The notes beneath the pieces are model-generated. The model made no database searches. It had not been told where the DNA came from and saw only the letters and a list, made by a program, of their open reading frames with translations. 54,860 nt of DNA from a virus (lineage: Duplodnaviria; Caudoviricetes), in IMG/VR virus record IMGVR_UViG_3300025875_000032, positions 1-54,860 of that record; one strand, given 5' to 3'. Each line of letters begins with the position of its first letter. The first letter of the stretch is position 1. This document shows, in pieces, positions 8,992 to 17,906 of this stretch. Position numbers and translations under genes: made by a program.

Positions 8992-10164
8992 GTGACCACG
9001 ACCCACGCCTCCGCCCCCGCCCCCTCGTTCGCGTTCCGGTTCACCCGCTCCGACGCCGGATACGCCGTCGGGTACCTCCCGACTCTCGACTCGATCGCCG
9101 CCGGCTCCGCCTCCTCGACCGACGGCCGGCACCTCGGGCGCGTCGTCAAGGTCGAGGGGACCTGGACCGCGATCGTCCCGAGCGGGTACGCCCTCGGCGA
9201 GCAGTACCGGACCCGCGCCGAGGCCGCGACCGCCCTCCTCGTCACCTCCGACCGGATCGCCGCCCTCGACGCCCTCCCGACGGACGACGAGCCGACCGGG
9301 ATCACGACCCGCCCCGTCGGCGCCGGGCTCGACGAGGTCGCCCTCGACGGGCAGGCGATCGGCCGGACCCGCGACCTCGACGCCGGCTCCGCCTCGACCG
9401 CCCTCGTCGACGCGTACACGACGACCGGGACCCGGATCGGCGAGGCGCTCACCCGCGACGCCGCGCACGCCCTCCTCGTCGAGCACGCCGACCCGGCCGC
9501 CGGGATGCTGCCCGCCGAGCAGGACGACGAGGAGCCGGTCGACGACTCCGAGCCCTCGGACCCGTACCGCCCGCAGACCGCGCACCTCATGGGCGACGAC
9601 CTCCTCGCCGCGTGCGGGTCCCTCGGCGGGATCGAGGGGCTGTACGTCGTGCCCTCCTCGACGCCCGAGCGGATCACGTGCTGCCGCTGCCTCCTGCTCG
9701 CCGTCGAGGTCGAGGTCCGCCGGCTCGGGTACCGGAACGCCGCGCACTACCTCCAGGCGCCCGGCCGTGAGGACGTGCGCGCCCGCGTCGAGCAGGCCGC
9801 GCAGAACCCGGACGGGCCGGACCTCCCCCGGTACGTCGACGCCCCGGCCGTCGTCGACCCGGCGGAGCAGGTCGCCGAGGCGATCCTCGACCGCCGGCCC
9901 GCGCTGCTCGCCCTCCGCCCCGGCGTCGACCCGGAGCGCGTCGTCGCCGAGCTGGACGAGCGCCCCCTCGACGCCGACGAGCGCGCGCTCCTGTCCGCCG
10001 GCGTCGACCTCGCCCGCGACCGGCTCGCCGCCCGGTACGGCGTCACGCCCGAGCAGGTCACCTCGACCGCCCGCGAGGTCGTCGAGGAGGCGCTCGGCTC
10101 GGAGGTCGACGACCCGCGCGAGCAGCCCGAGCCGCTGGAGTGGTCCTCGCACGCCGGCCGGTAG
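8992..10164 (+). CDS. hypothetical protein with internal repeat
   Basis: Leaderless after TATAAT 8980-8985; strong coding signal. Confidence 0.75.
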   Translation: MTTTHASAPAPSFAFRFTRSDAGYAVGYLPTLDSIAAGSASSTDGRHLGRVVKVEGTWTAIVPSGYALGEQYRTRAEAATALLVTSDRIAALDALPTDDEPTGITTRPVGAGLDEVALDGQAIGRTRDLDAGSASTALVDAYTTTGTRIGEALTRDAAHALLVEHADPAAGMLPAEQDDEEPVDDSEPSDPYRPQTAHLMGDDLLAACGSLGGIEGLYVVPSSTPERITCCRCLLLAVEVEVRRLGYRNAAHYLQAPGREDVRARVEQAAQNPDGPDLPRYVDAPAVVDPAEQVAEAILDRRPALLALRPGVDPERVVAELDERPLDADERALLSAGVDLARDRLAARYGVTPEQVTSTAREVVEEALGSEVDDPREQPEPLEWSSHAGR

Positions 10165-10203
10165 GTCACCCGGAGCCCCATGCCGAACCGCTACGGTTAT
10201 GGC

Positions 10204-10659
10204 ATGGGGCTCCGTCACTCTCTGACCAACATCGACCCGGACCGCCGACGCGGTGACTGCGCCGCGTGTGGCCCGGACGTGCCCGTGCGCGGCCGGGTTC
10301 GCGGCGACCGGCCGGGGCTCAACTGGCAGTGTCGCCGCCCCGGCGAGGTGCGCGACTCTGCCGCCTCGCGAGCGCGCCGCAAGCACGCGGAGCGCCTCCG
10401 CCGGTACGGGCTTACGGAGGGGGAGTACGCCGCCCTCGTGGCCGCTCACGGCGACGGGTGCGCGATCTGTGGAGGCTCCGACACCGACCGGCGCCTCGCG
10501 ATCGACCACTGTCACCGAACCGGCCGCGTTCGGGGGCTGCTGTGCAGGAGTTGTAACCGGGGGCTCGGGTTCTTCGGCGACGACCCCGGTCGTCTCCGGG
10601 CAGCAATCGACTACCTCCAGCGCGAGCCCGAGGACGGGGGCTCCGTCGCGTCCGGGTAA
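10204..10659 (+). CDS. endonuclease VII domain protein (alternative start 10180)
   Basis: YGLT..EY...CAIC...LAIDHCH.TG.VRGLLC..CN.GLG.F.D. Confidence 0.9.
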   Translation: MGLRHSLTNIDPDRRRGDCAACGPDVPVRGRVRGDRPGLNWQCRRPGEVRDSAASRARRKHAERLRRYGLTEGEYAALVAAHGDGCAICGGSDTDRRLAIDHCHRTGRVRGLLCRSCNRGLGFFGDDPGRLRAAIDYLQREPEDGGSVASG

Positions 10660-10759
10660 CGATCGGTCGACTCCTGCCCCTCCCGTCACGCGGAGGTATG
10701 GAACGGGAACTCCTGGAGCAGGACACGCGGACACGCCGCGCGGGTTGCCCCTCCCCGAG

Positions 10760-10801
10760 GGTTACCCGTGTATAAATAAGGGGCAAGCAACGTCCCACGC
10801 C
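10760..10801 (+). promoter_or_regulatory. conserved phage promoter element GGTTACCCGTGTATAAATA...TCCCACGCC
   Basis: Near-identical copies at 21005, 22630, 41559, 45162; all intergenic upstream of an RBS. Confidence 0.85.
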
Positions 10802-10822
10802 TGAACCGCCCCGGAGGTCCCC

Positions 10823-11251
10823 GTGTCCCACGCCCGCGCCGCCCGCTCCGCCCTCGTCCTCGTCGCCCTCGCGATCGCCCTCGCGATCGGCGCCCTCCTC
10901 GGCGCGACCGCCGGCCCGACCGTCGACGCGGACGCCGTCCAGGCCGCGACGCCCGCCCCGACCGCCGTCCAGCCCGCCGAGCCGGCCGCCCCCGCCCTCC
11001 CGGCCCTCCCCGGGTACGACGCGGCCGACCCGTTCCTCGTCGAGCTGCTCGGCGCCGGTAGCGACGTGACGCCCGAGCGCGCCGTCGAGCTGCTCCTCGC
11101 GGCCGATCGCGTGTGCGAGGCGATGACCGCCGGCGTCCCCTTGATCGAGGTCGAGCCCGTCCTCGCCGAGGAGCTGTCCCTGTCCGACGAGGAGGCTCAC
11201 GAGTTCGCCCGGCTCGCCGGGTGGGTCCGCTGCTCGCCTACCCGTGCATAA
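10823..11251 (+). CDS. secreted DUF732-like protein
   Basis: Signal peptide, Pro/Ala linker, D.FL..L...VC..M..G...A..F......C pattern. Confidence 0.6.
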   Translation: MSHARAARSALVLVALAIALAIGALLGATAGPTVDADAVQAATPAPTAVQPAEPAAPALPALPGYDAADPFLVELLGAGSDVTPERAVELLLAADRVCEAMTAGVPLIEVEPVLAEELSLSDEEAHEFARLAGWVRCSPTRA

Positions 11252-11359
11252 TCGGGGGGCAAGTACCCGCGTCGCCCGTACCGTCGGGACGGAGGGTCCC
11301 CGCCTCGCTTCCCTGGAGGCGGGGATCGTCCGCCCCGGCCGCTGCCTCCGGAGGGTCCC

Positions 11360-11707
11360 GTGCCCCTGCCACTCTCCCGCTCCGTCTCCGACGCCGGCGG
11401 GTTCCGGTGGCTCGTGACCGTCGACCGGGGGCGCCTCGTCCTCCAGCGCCTCGACGAGCCCGAGTCCCCCCCGATCGTCCTCGACGACCCGGCCGACCTC
11501 CGGTGGCTCGGGATGCAGACTCACCGCGCGGCCGTCGAGCTGGACCTCGACGTACAGCACGCCGCCGCGAAGGCGTCCGCCGACCGCCGGCAGCGACGCA
11601 TCCTCGCCGGCGAGACGGTCGGACTCCGGCACCGGCCGTACGACGACGACAACGTCCAGCCCGCGATCCACGCCGACCCGCTCGTCCGCCTCCAGGAGCC
11701 CGCGTGA
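11360..11707 (+). CDS. hypothetical protein
   Basis: GGAGGG RBS; coding-like. Confidence 0.65.
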   Translation: MPLPLSRSVSDAGGFRWLVTVDRGRLVLQRLDEPESPPIVLDDPADLRWLGMQTHRAAVELDLDVQHAAAKASADRRQRRILAGETVGLRHRPYDDDNVQPAIHADPLVRLQEPA

Positions 11708-12144
11708 CCCTCGCCCTCGTCGTCTCCGCGATCGCCCTCGTCGTCTCCGCGATCGCCCTCGCGTACGCGCTGACCGCCCGCCGGGACGCCCGCGTCGCCG
11801 CCGAGGCGATCCACGCCCTCGCCTCCCGGAACGCCGGCCCGCGTCGCCGCCCCTCGACCACGCCCCCCGAGCACGTCGAGCGGCGCGAGGAGGACGCCGG
11901 CCCGCCCGAGGGGCAGCAGGAGCGACGCCGTCACCGTGCCCCCGAGGAGGCGCCCCGCGCCCGCCGGCGGGACGCCGACGACCCGCAGTGGCAGGCGCTC
12001 GACCCGGCCGGCGCGGAGACGACGACGATCCCCGCCGTCCGCCCCGAGGACGTGCCCACGACGGAGCACCCGGCGCCCCCGCGCACGTACCGCCGACCGC
12101 CCCCGCCGCTGCCCCGCCCGGGGCAGATCGAGCACCCGAGGTGA
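11704..12144 (+). CDS. membrane-anchored protein
   Basis: TM built from a 21-bp tandem duplication (11711-11760, ALVVSAI x2). Confidence 0.6.
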   Translation: MTLALVVSAIALVVSAIALAYALTARRDARVAAEAIHALASRNAGPRRRPSTTPPEHVERREEDAGPPEGQQERRRHRAPEEAPRARRRDADDPQWQALDPAGAETTTIPAVRPEDVPTTEHPAPPRTYRRPPPPLPRPGQIEHPR

Positions 12145-12317
12145 GCGACCTCGCCCGGGTGCGCGCCGCGATCCCCTCGGAGTTGTGGTCCGAGGGCGTC
12201 ACTCACTGGCCGGTCGCTCACCTCCGGCAGCTCCTCGCCGCGCAGGAGCACGCCGACCGCCGCGAGCGCGCCGCGTACGCCGCCGGGCAGGCCCGGCAGG
12301 CGGGGGCGACGCCGTGA
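12141..12317 (+). CDS. hypothetical protein
   Basis: GTGA overlaps at both ends. Confidence 0.5.
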   Translation: MSDLARVRAAIPSELWSEGVTHWPVAHLRQLLAAQEHADRRERAAYAAGQARQAGATP

Positions 12318-12544
12318 GGCGCGAGCGCCCCTGGAGGGGCGTCGCGTACCTCCCGATTCCCGGAGGGGGGCGGGTCGTCGTTCACCGCTCCTCGGCCGCC
12401 TCCGAGGGCGGGCTCGACGGGCTCCGCCGACTCGCCGAGGAGCAGGGGCTCGCCGTTGACGTGTGGCGCCTCCAGGCGATCCCCGAGGTCGACGAGCAGC
12501 TCGCCGCGACTACCGGGTCCCCCTCCGTACCGTCGGCGCCGTGA
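12314..12544 (+). CDS. hypothetical protein
   Basis: GTGA overlaps at both ends. Confidence 0.5.
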   Translation: MRRERPWRGVAYLPIPGGGRVVVHRSSAASEGGLDGLRRLAEEQGLAVDVWRLQAIPEVDEQLAATTGSPSVPSAP

Positions 12545-12906
12545 CCGCCCCCCCGGAGCTGGAGTTCGGACTCCAGCCTGAACCGTCTCCCGTCGTCGTC
12601 CGCGACCTGTTCCCCGCCGAGGTCCACGTCGACGGGCTCGTGTACCGGACCGCGTTCGTCGTCATCACCCGCGAACGCCTGTACGTGTGGCAGGGGGAGG
12701 GGCGGGACCGCCCGCTCCGCCTCGTCGCCCCGTACGACCCGGCGACCTCGACCGTCCCCGCGTACCACGCCCCGCCCCGGCAGGACGCCCGCCTCGACCT
12801 CGGGCGCGGGCGGACCGCGCTCGTCCGCCGGCAGCGCGGGTGCGGCTGCTCCTCCAGCCTCCGGGGCTGGCGCCCGTGGCGCCCGTACCGCGTCGCCTCC
12901 TCGTGA
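12541..12906 (+). CDS. hypothetical protein (GCGC motif)
   Basis: Coding-like; C-terminal RGCGCSSSL..W.P. Confidence 0.65.
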   Translation: MTAPPELEFGLQPEPSPVVVRDLFPAEVHVDGLVYRTAFVVITRERLYVWQGEGRDRPLRLVAPYDPATSTVPAYHAPPRQDARLDLGRGRTALVRRQRGCGCSSSLRGWRPWRPYRVASS

Positions 12907-13469
12907 ACCTCCGGGGCGACTGGCAGCCGCGACGGACGCACCCGGTACTCCTCGCCCTCCAGCTCGTCACCCTGTGGCAGGCCGGACTCCGGGGGCTCGA
13001 CTACGCCGGCGGAGTCGTCGACGGGCTCGACGCCGGCGCCGCCGAGCCCGCGTACGGGTGGCTCCTGTACGGGTCGACCGTGCTCGTCCTGCTCGGGCTC
13101 GCGATCCGCCGGGGCGTGCCCGTGATCCTCGGGCACGCGCTCCTCGCGAGCTGGTACGCCGGGCTCGGCGTGACCTCCCTCGGCGGGCTCGGGATCGCCC
13201 TCGACTGGAGGGTCGTCCTCGGGATCGCGCTCGGCGGGATCGGGACCGGCGTCCTCCTCGCCGACCGGTTCCGGACGCCCCTCCGCCTCGCCGGCGTCGC
13301 CGCGATGCTCGCCGGGCAGGCAGTGATCGTCCTCGGGCTCGGCGCCGACTACCGGACCGGGACCGGGCTCGTCGGCGGAGCCCTCCAGCACGCGACCCTC
13401 GCCGTCGGGACCCTGATCCTCTGGCAGCGGGACAGACTCCGGCGGGTCGTCGAGCGCGAGCACGCGTGA
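12903..13469 (+). CDS. multi-pass membrane protein
   Basis: About six hydrophobic segments. Confidence 0.7.
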   Translation: MNLRGDWQPRRTHPVLLALQLVTLWQAGLRGLDYAGGVVDGLDAGAAEPAYGWLLYGSTVLVLLGLAIRRGVPVILGHALLASWYAGLGVTSLGGLGIALDWRVVLGIALGGIGTGVLLADRFRTPLRLAGVAAMLAGQAVIVLGLGADYRTGTGLVGGALQHATLAVGTLILWQRDRLRRVVEREHA

Positions 13470-13840
13470 GCCTCGCCGAGCTGCTCGGCGCCGCTGCCGG
13501 GTCGCCGTTGCTCCTCGCGTTCCTCGTCATCCTCGGCGGGTCCGTGTGGGCGATCGAGCGCCTCTCCGGGGCGAACGGTCCCCTAACGCGGGCGCTCCGG
13601 GCGTGGCAGGAGCGCGAACTCCGCCGGCTCCGTCGCGAGCGCGCCGTCGACGCCGAGCGGCGCGCCCGCGCGCAGGAGCAGGAGGACGCCCGCGTCGCCG
13701 AGCTGGAGCGCGAGGTCGAGTGGCTCCGCGAGCAGCTCCGCCGATCCCGGGCCGGGCTCGTCGAGCAGCGCCCGACGACGGAGCCGATCCCGGGTCGTCA
13801 TCGCCGCAACTCCGCACGCCCGCCCGTGCCCCCTCGGTAA
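13466..13840 (+). CDS. TM plus coiled-coil protein
   Basis: N-terminal TM, then RVAELEREVEWLREQL coiled coil. Confidence 0.65.
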   Translation: MSLAELLGAAAGSPLLLAFLVILGGSVWAIERLSGANGPLTRALRAWQERELRRLRRERAVDAERRARAQEQEDARVAELEREVEWLREQLRRSRAGLVEQRPTTEPIPGRHRRNSARPPVPPR

Positions 13841-13843
13841 CGT
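13802..13843 (+). promoter_or_regulatory. CGCCGCAACTC-N25-TAACGT putative activator-dependent promoter
   Basis: Same 11-mer with identical 25-nt spacing to a TANNNT hexamer at 23516 and 50414. Confidence 0.6.
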
Positions 13844-13851
13844 CCCCGGGC

Positions 13852-14151
13852 GTGACGGACGCCCGGATCGACGCGCTCGCCGACCCGGTCGCCCTCGGCG
13901 TCGGCGCGCTCGCCGTGTACCGGGTGACCCGTCTCCTCGTCGAGGACGAGGTCCTCCGTCCGGTCCGCGAGCGGATCGCCCCCGACGAGGAGTCCCGCCT
14001 CGCCTACTTCGTGACGTGCCCGTGGTGCGTGTCCGTGTGGGCCGGCGCCGCGTGGGCCGGGCTGACCGTCCTCGCCCCTCGCGTCGCCCGTACCGCCGGC
14101 GCCGCCCTCGCCTGGAGTGCTGTCTCCGGGCTCCTGTCCTCGTGGGAGTGA
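13852..14151 (+). CDS. DUF1360-like membrane protein
   Basis: LAVYRVTRLL..D.V..P.R and YFVTCPWC.SVW motifs; lies before the portal. Confidence 0.75.
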   Translation: MTDARIDALADPVALGVGALAVYRVTRLLVEDEVLRPVRERIAPDEESRLAYFVTCPWCVSVWAGAAWAGLTVLAPRVARTAGAALAWSAVSGLLSSWE

Positions 14152-14155
14152 CCTC

Positions 14156-17100
14156 GTGTCGTTGCTCGACCTGTTCCGTCCCCGCCCGAGGACCTCGTCC
14201 CTCGCGGAGGCTCTGACCTCCCGCCTCCCCGCCCGAGGGTCCCTCGTCGCGTCGGCCGCCCTGCTCACGCCGCAGGAGGGGCTCCGCCTCGCGAAGGCGA
14301 GCAAGCGGCGCGAGTGGCAGCGGGCGTCGTTCGGGTACGCCCGCGCGCTGCCCGAGGTCGGGTACGCGATGCGGTTTCTCGCGAACAACGCCGCCCATAT
14401 CCGCCTGTTTGCCGGCGACCGCGCCCCCGCCGGCGACGAGGTCGTCGAGCTGACCGACGACTACGGGTGGACCGACGCCGGGAACGGCGTCGAGACGTAC
14501 GCCGAGGACGCCCTCCCCGAGGACCTCGTCGCCGCCGCGCGGCAGGCGGTCGACGAGCTGACCGGATACTCCCCCTCGGGCGGAGGCGCCGCCATCCTGT
14601 CGCCGCTGACCCGCAACTACGAGCAGGCCGGCGAGTGCTACCTCGTGGGCCGGTACTTCCCCGAGGCGAACGCCGGCGCCGGGCGCGAGGAGTGGGCGAT
14701 CCGCTCGATTTCCGAGCTGACGTTCGTCGAGGGGCGGTTCCGGGGGATGGACCCGGAACTCCCCCCCGGGTACTTCCGCCTCGTCACCGGGGAGGGGCGC
14801 GACGCCGAGGCAGTCGACCTCGACCCGTCCACAACGACTGTCTACCGCCTGTGGACGGCCGACGCCGAGTGGTCCTCCGAGCCGGACTCGCCCATGCGCT
14901 CCCTGATCGGCGTATGCGAGCGCCTGCTCCTGATCGAGAAGGGCGACGACGCCGCCCTCCGGTCCCGCGCGGCCGGGAACGGCGTCCTGTTGTGGCCCGA
15001 GGAGCTGGACTCCCTCCCCGACGACGAGGACGAGGAGGAGGACGAGTTCGACCGCGATTTCGTAACACAGCTAACGACGCCCCTCACGCTCGACGGGTCG
15101 GCCGCGCAGGTCGTCCCGATGATCAAGCGCGGCGCGTACCAGTACCTCGACCGGGTTCGTCACCTCACGTTCGGCCGCCCCCTCGACCCGCTCACGAACG
15201 AGCGCGAGGCGCGCCTCCTGACCCGCCTCGGGATCGGGCTCGACGTGCCCCCCGAGGTGATCACCGGGCTGTCCGACGTGAATCATTGGAACGCCTGGCA
15301 GATCAGCTCCGACACGTTCCGTCATCATCAGGAGCCGATCACGATCGCCGGCGTCGAGGCGCTGACCCTGTCGTACATGCGGACCCGGCTCCGGACCGCG
15401 AACCGGTGGGACGAGTCCCTGATCCGCCGCGTCGTCCTATGGTTCGACCCGTCCGGGCTCGTCGCCCCCGCCGATATGTCGGGCGCCGCGAACGACGCAC
15501 ACGATCGCGGACTGATCACGGACGAGGCGTACCTCCAGCTCCGAGGCATTGATGCGAGCATGGCTCCGCCGGAGGAGCAGGAGACGGGCTCCGACGGCGT
15601 CGGCGAGACGGGGCTCGACGTGGACCGCCTCCTCCAGGTCGCCACGATCGCCGACCGCCTGCTCCGCGCCGGGTACGCCCCCGACGACGTGAACCGGCAG
15701 CTCGGGCTCACGATCGCGCACACGGGCTCGATCCCCGGCGTCGCCTCCTCGACGCCCGCCGAGCTGCCCGCCGGGGGAGGGGCGGGGGAGGAGCCCGGCG
15801 ACGAGGCGACGACGCCCGAGGCGCCCCCGCTGCCCGAGCTGCCGGCCGCGTCCGGCGCCCCCCGCGCAATCGTCGCCGCTGCCGGCCCGACCGATCGGCA
15901 GCGACGCCTCGCCCGCCGGCTCGCCTCGATCGAGCGGACCCTCCGCGAGCGGATCGCGGCAGCAGCGGACGCCGCCGTCCTCCGCGCCCTGGAGCGCGCC
16001 GGGAACCGCGCACGCGCCGCCGCGCAGCGCAACGACGCCGCCCGCGACGCCGTCCAGGGGCAGCCCGCCGAGACGGTCGTCGCCTCCCTCGGGCGGACGA
16101 TGGTCGCCGCCCTCGGGCTGGAGGAGCAGCAGCTCCTCGCCGAGGCGTTCGGCCGGCTCCGCGAGCAGTACGCCGAGTGGACCGCGTCGGCCGCCGAGGA
16201 GGCGCTCGACACGGCCGCGCAGCTCGCCGGGCTCGACCGCTCCGACCCGTCCGTCGCCGCGCAGCTCGGCACGCTCCGCGACCGGTTCGCCGAGAACGCC
16301 GACGCCTCGTGGCCCGTCCTGGAGGGCGGGCTCCGCGACCTCGCCGCCGAGCGCCTGTACGACCCGGACCCGAACGTCGACCCGCTCGGCGAGCTGCCCT
16401 CCTCGATCGTCCCGCCCGGGATCGTCCGCGACGCCCTCGCGGTCGCCGGAGGAGTCCCCGGCGACTCCTCCGGCACCGGCCCCCGGAACGGGCTCACCTC
16501 CGGGGACCTCCTCGACGGGTTCCTCCGCGAGCACGGGCAGGAGGTCGTCGAGTACGAGTGGGCGTACGGGATCAGCTCCCGCCCGTTCCCCCCGCACGCC
16601 GACCTCGACGGCGTCGTGTTCGCCGGGTTCGACGACGCCGTCCTGTCCACCTCGGGCACCCGGGGCGAGTGGATCGGCGGGTCGTTCGCCCCCGGCGATC
16701 ATCGCGGCTGTCACTGCGATTACGTCCCGGTCTACGCCGACGCCCGGGACACGCGCGCCGAGCTGGAGGCGATCGGCGAGCGGGCGTACGTCGAGCAGAA
16801 CCCGGACCTCCCGCTCCCGACCCGGCAGGCGACGAGCGACGAGCGCGTGTACCGCGACCCGACCGGCCGGCCCGAGCAGCGCCCCTCGGCGACCGTCGAG
16901 GCAGCACGGGCGGTCCGCAATGGTCCCCCGGTCGTCGTCCCGCCGGCGGAGCCCGTCCCCCCGCGCCGGGTGGCTGCTCGCGGCCGGACCCGGCAGGCCG
17001 CGACGGACGAGGCGGGTATCCCGATGCGCCTCGATCACACGTACCTGTCGTCCCTCACGGACGAGCAGATCGACGACCTGTACGCGCATCTTGCCGTCCG

Positions 17101-17653
17101 GCAGGACTCCCTCGACCCGCGCGAGGGGCAGCGATGGGACGACCTCGACGCGTTCACGACGTACGGGCAGGAGCAGGAGCGCCTCGGCGACGAACTCGCC
17201 GAGCGCATGGCCGGCGACGAGGAGTGGCAGAACGCGTACGCCGCCCTCGACGAGCGCCTCGGCCGGCCCGGCGTCACTCACCCGCGCGTCGGCGGTCGAG
17301 GGTCCCGCGACGGGACGCCGACCCGCGCCGAGGTCCAGGAGGAGTACGCCCTGTTCGTCGAGCAGCAGCTCGTCGCCCTGGAGCGGCACGCCCTCACGCA
17401 CGGGATCACCCGCGCCGGGCAGGCGCGCGGAATCTCGTACCGCGACCTCCTGACCGGGGACATTCGGCTCGTCTACCGGTACGCCTCCCCGGAGACACTG
17501 GAGTTCCTGGAGACGAACCGCCGCGTCTCCTGGACGGAGTTCTATTTCGCCCGCACGGGCAAGGGGAACGCCGACCTCGCCCGGCGGCAGTACGAGGCGA
17601 ACGCCCGGATCAACAGGGACAAGACGAACAAGCAGAAGGGGAACCGGAAGTGA
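14156..17653 (+). CDS. portal protein fused to MuF-like minor head domain plus C-terminal extension
   Basis: N-terminal WQ....Y....EVGY....AN....RL and NHWNAWQI resemble cluster-B-like actinophage portals; YEW.Y.....F.PH..LDG...PGDH.GC.C is a MuF motif. Confidence 0.8.
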   Translation: MSLLDLFRPRPRTSSLAEALTSRLPARGSLVASAALLTPQEGLRLAKASKRREWQRASFGYARALPEVGYAMRFLANNAAHIRLFAGDRAPAGDEVVELTDDYGWTDAGNGVETYAEDALPEDLVAAARQAVDELTGYSPSGGGAAILSPLTRNYEQAGECYLVGRYFPEANAGAGREEWAIRSISELTFVEGRFRGMDPELPPGYFRLVTGEGRDAEAVDLDPSTTTVYRLWTADAEWSSEPDSPMRSLIGVCERLLLIEKGDDAALRSRAAGNGVLLWPEELDSLPDDEDEEEDEFDRDFVTQLTTPLTLDGSAAQVVPMIKRGAYQYLDRVRHLTFGRPLDPLTNEREARLLTRLGIGLDVPPEVITGLSDVNHWNAWQISSDTFRHHQEPITIAGVEALTLSYMRTRLRTANRWDESLIRRVVLWFDPSGLVAPADMSGAANDAHDRGLITDEAYLQLRGIDASMAPPEEQETGSDGVGETGLDVDRLLQVATIADRLLRAGYAPDDVNRQLGLTIAHTGSIPGVASSTPAELPAGGGAGEEPGDEATTPEAPPLPELPAASGAPRAIVAAAGPTDRQRRLARRLASIERTLRERIAAAADAAVLRALERAGNRARAAAQRNDAARDAVQGQPAETVVASLGRTMVAALGLEEQQLLAEAFGRLREQYAEWTASAAEEALDTAAQLAGLDRSDPSVAAQLGTLRDRFAENADASWPVLEGGLRDLAAERLYDPDPNVDPLGELPSSIVPPGIVRDALAVAGGVPGDSSGTGPRNGLTSGDLLDGFLREHGQEVVEYEWAYGISSRPFPPHADLDGVVFAGFDDAVLSTSGTRGEWIGGSFAPGDHRGCHCDYVPVYADARDTRAELEAIGERAYVEQNPDLPLPTRQATSDERVYRDPTGRPEQRPSATVEAARAVRNGPPVVVPPAEPVPPRRVAARGRTRQAATDEAGIPMRLDHTYLSSLTDEQIDDLYAHLAVRQDSLDPREGQRWDDLDAFTTYGQEQERLGDELAERMAGDEEWQNAYAALDERLGRPGVTHPRVGGRGSRDGTPTRAEVQEEYALFVEQQLVALERHALTHGITRAGQARGISYRDLLTGDIRLVYRYASPETLEFLETNRRVSWTEFYFARTGKGNADLARRQYEANARINRDKTNKQKGNRK

Positions 17654-17895
17654 CCGCGAGCCCGCCCTCCGCCCGCTGGAGCGCCTCCGGGGAGCTGCTC
17701 GCCCTCGTCGCCTCCGCGCCCGTCCCGGAGCCCTCCGAGGAGCAGGTCGAGGCGTACGACGCCGGCCGCGCCGCGTACGGCGCCGACCTTCCCTCGACAG
17801 ACTGCCCGCACGAGCCGACCTCCGACCTCGGGACCCTGTGGCTCCGGGGGTACGTGCTCGCCCGCCGCGATGATCAGTACGGTCCGGTCCGATGA
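17650..17895 (+). CDS. Rmf/CrpP-fold small protein with GELLALVA leader
   Basis: AYDAGRAA......DCP.........WLRGY resembles the ribosome modulation factor pattern G..AG.....CPY....W..GW. Confidence 0.65.
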   Translation: MTASPPSARWSASGELLALVASAPVPEPSEEQVEAYDAGRAAYGADLPSTDCPHEPTSDLGTLWLRGYVLARRDDQYGPVR

Positions 17896-17906
17896 CAGGA
17901 GACAAC

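Noticed and set aside
7861-10734. Very long alternative-frame ORFs (e.g. 957 aa here, 17870-21004, 15437-18166, 32012-34039)
   Set aside because: Arg/Pro/Gly-rich shadow frames expected in very high-GC DNA; they overlap well-supported genes
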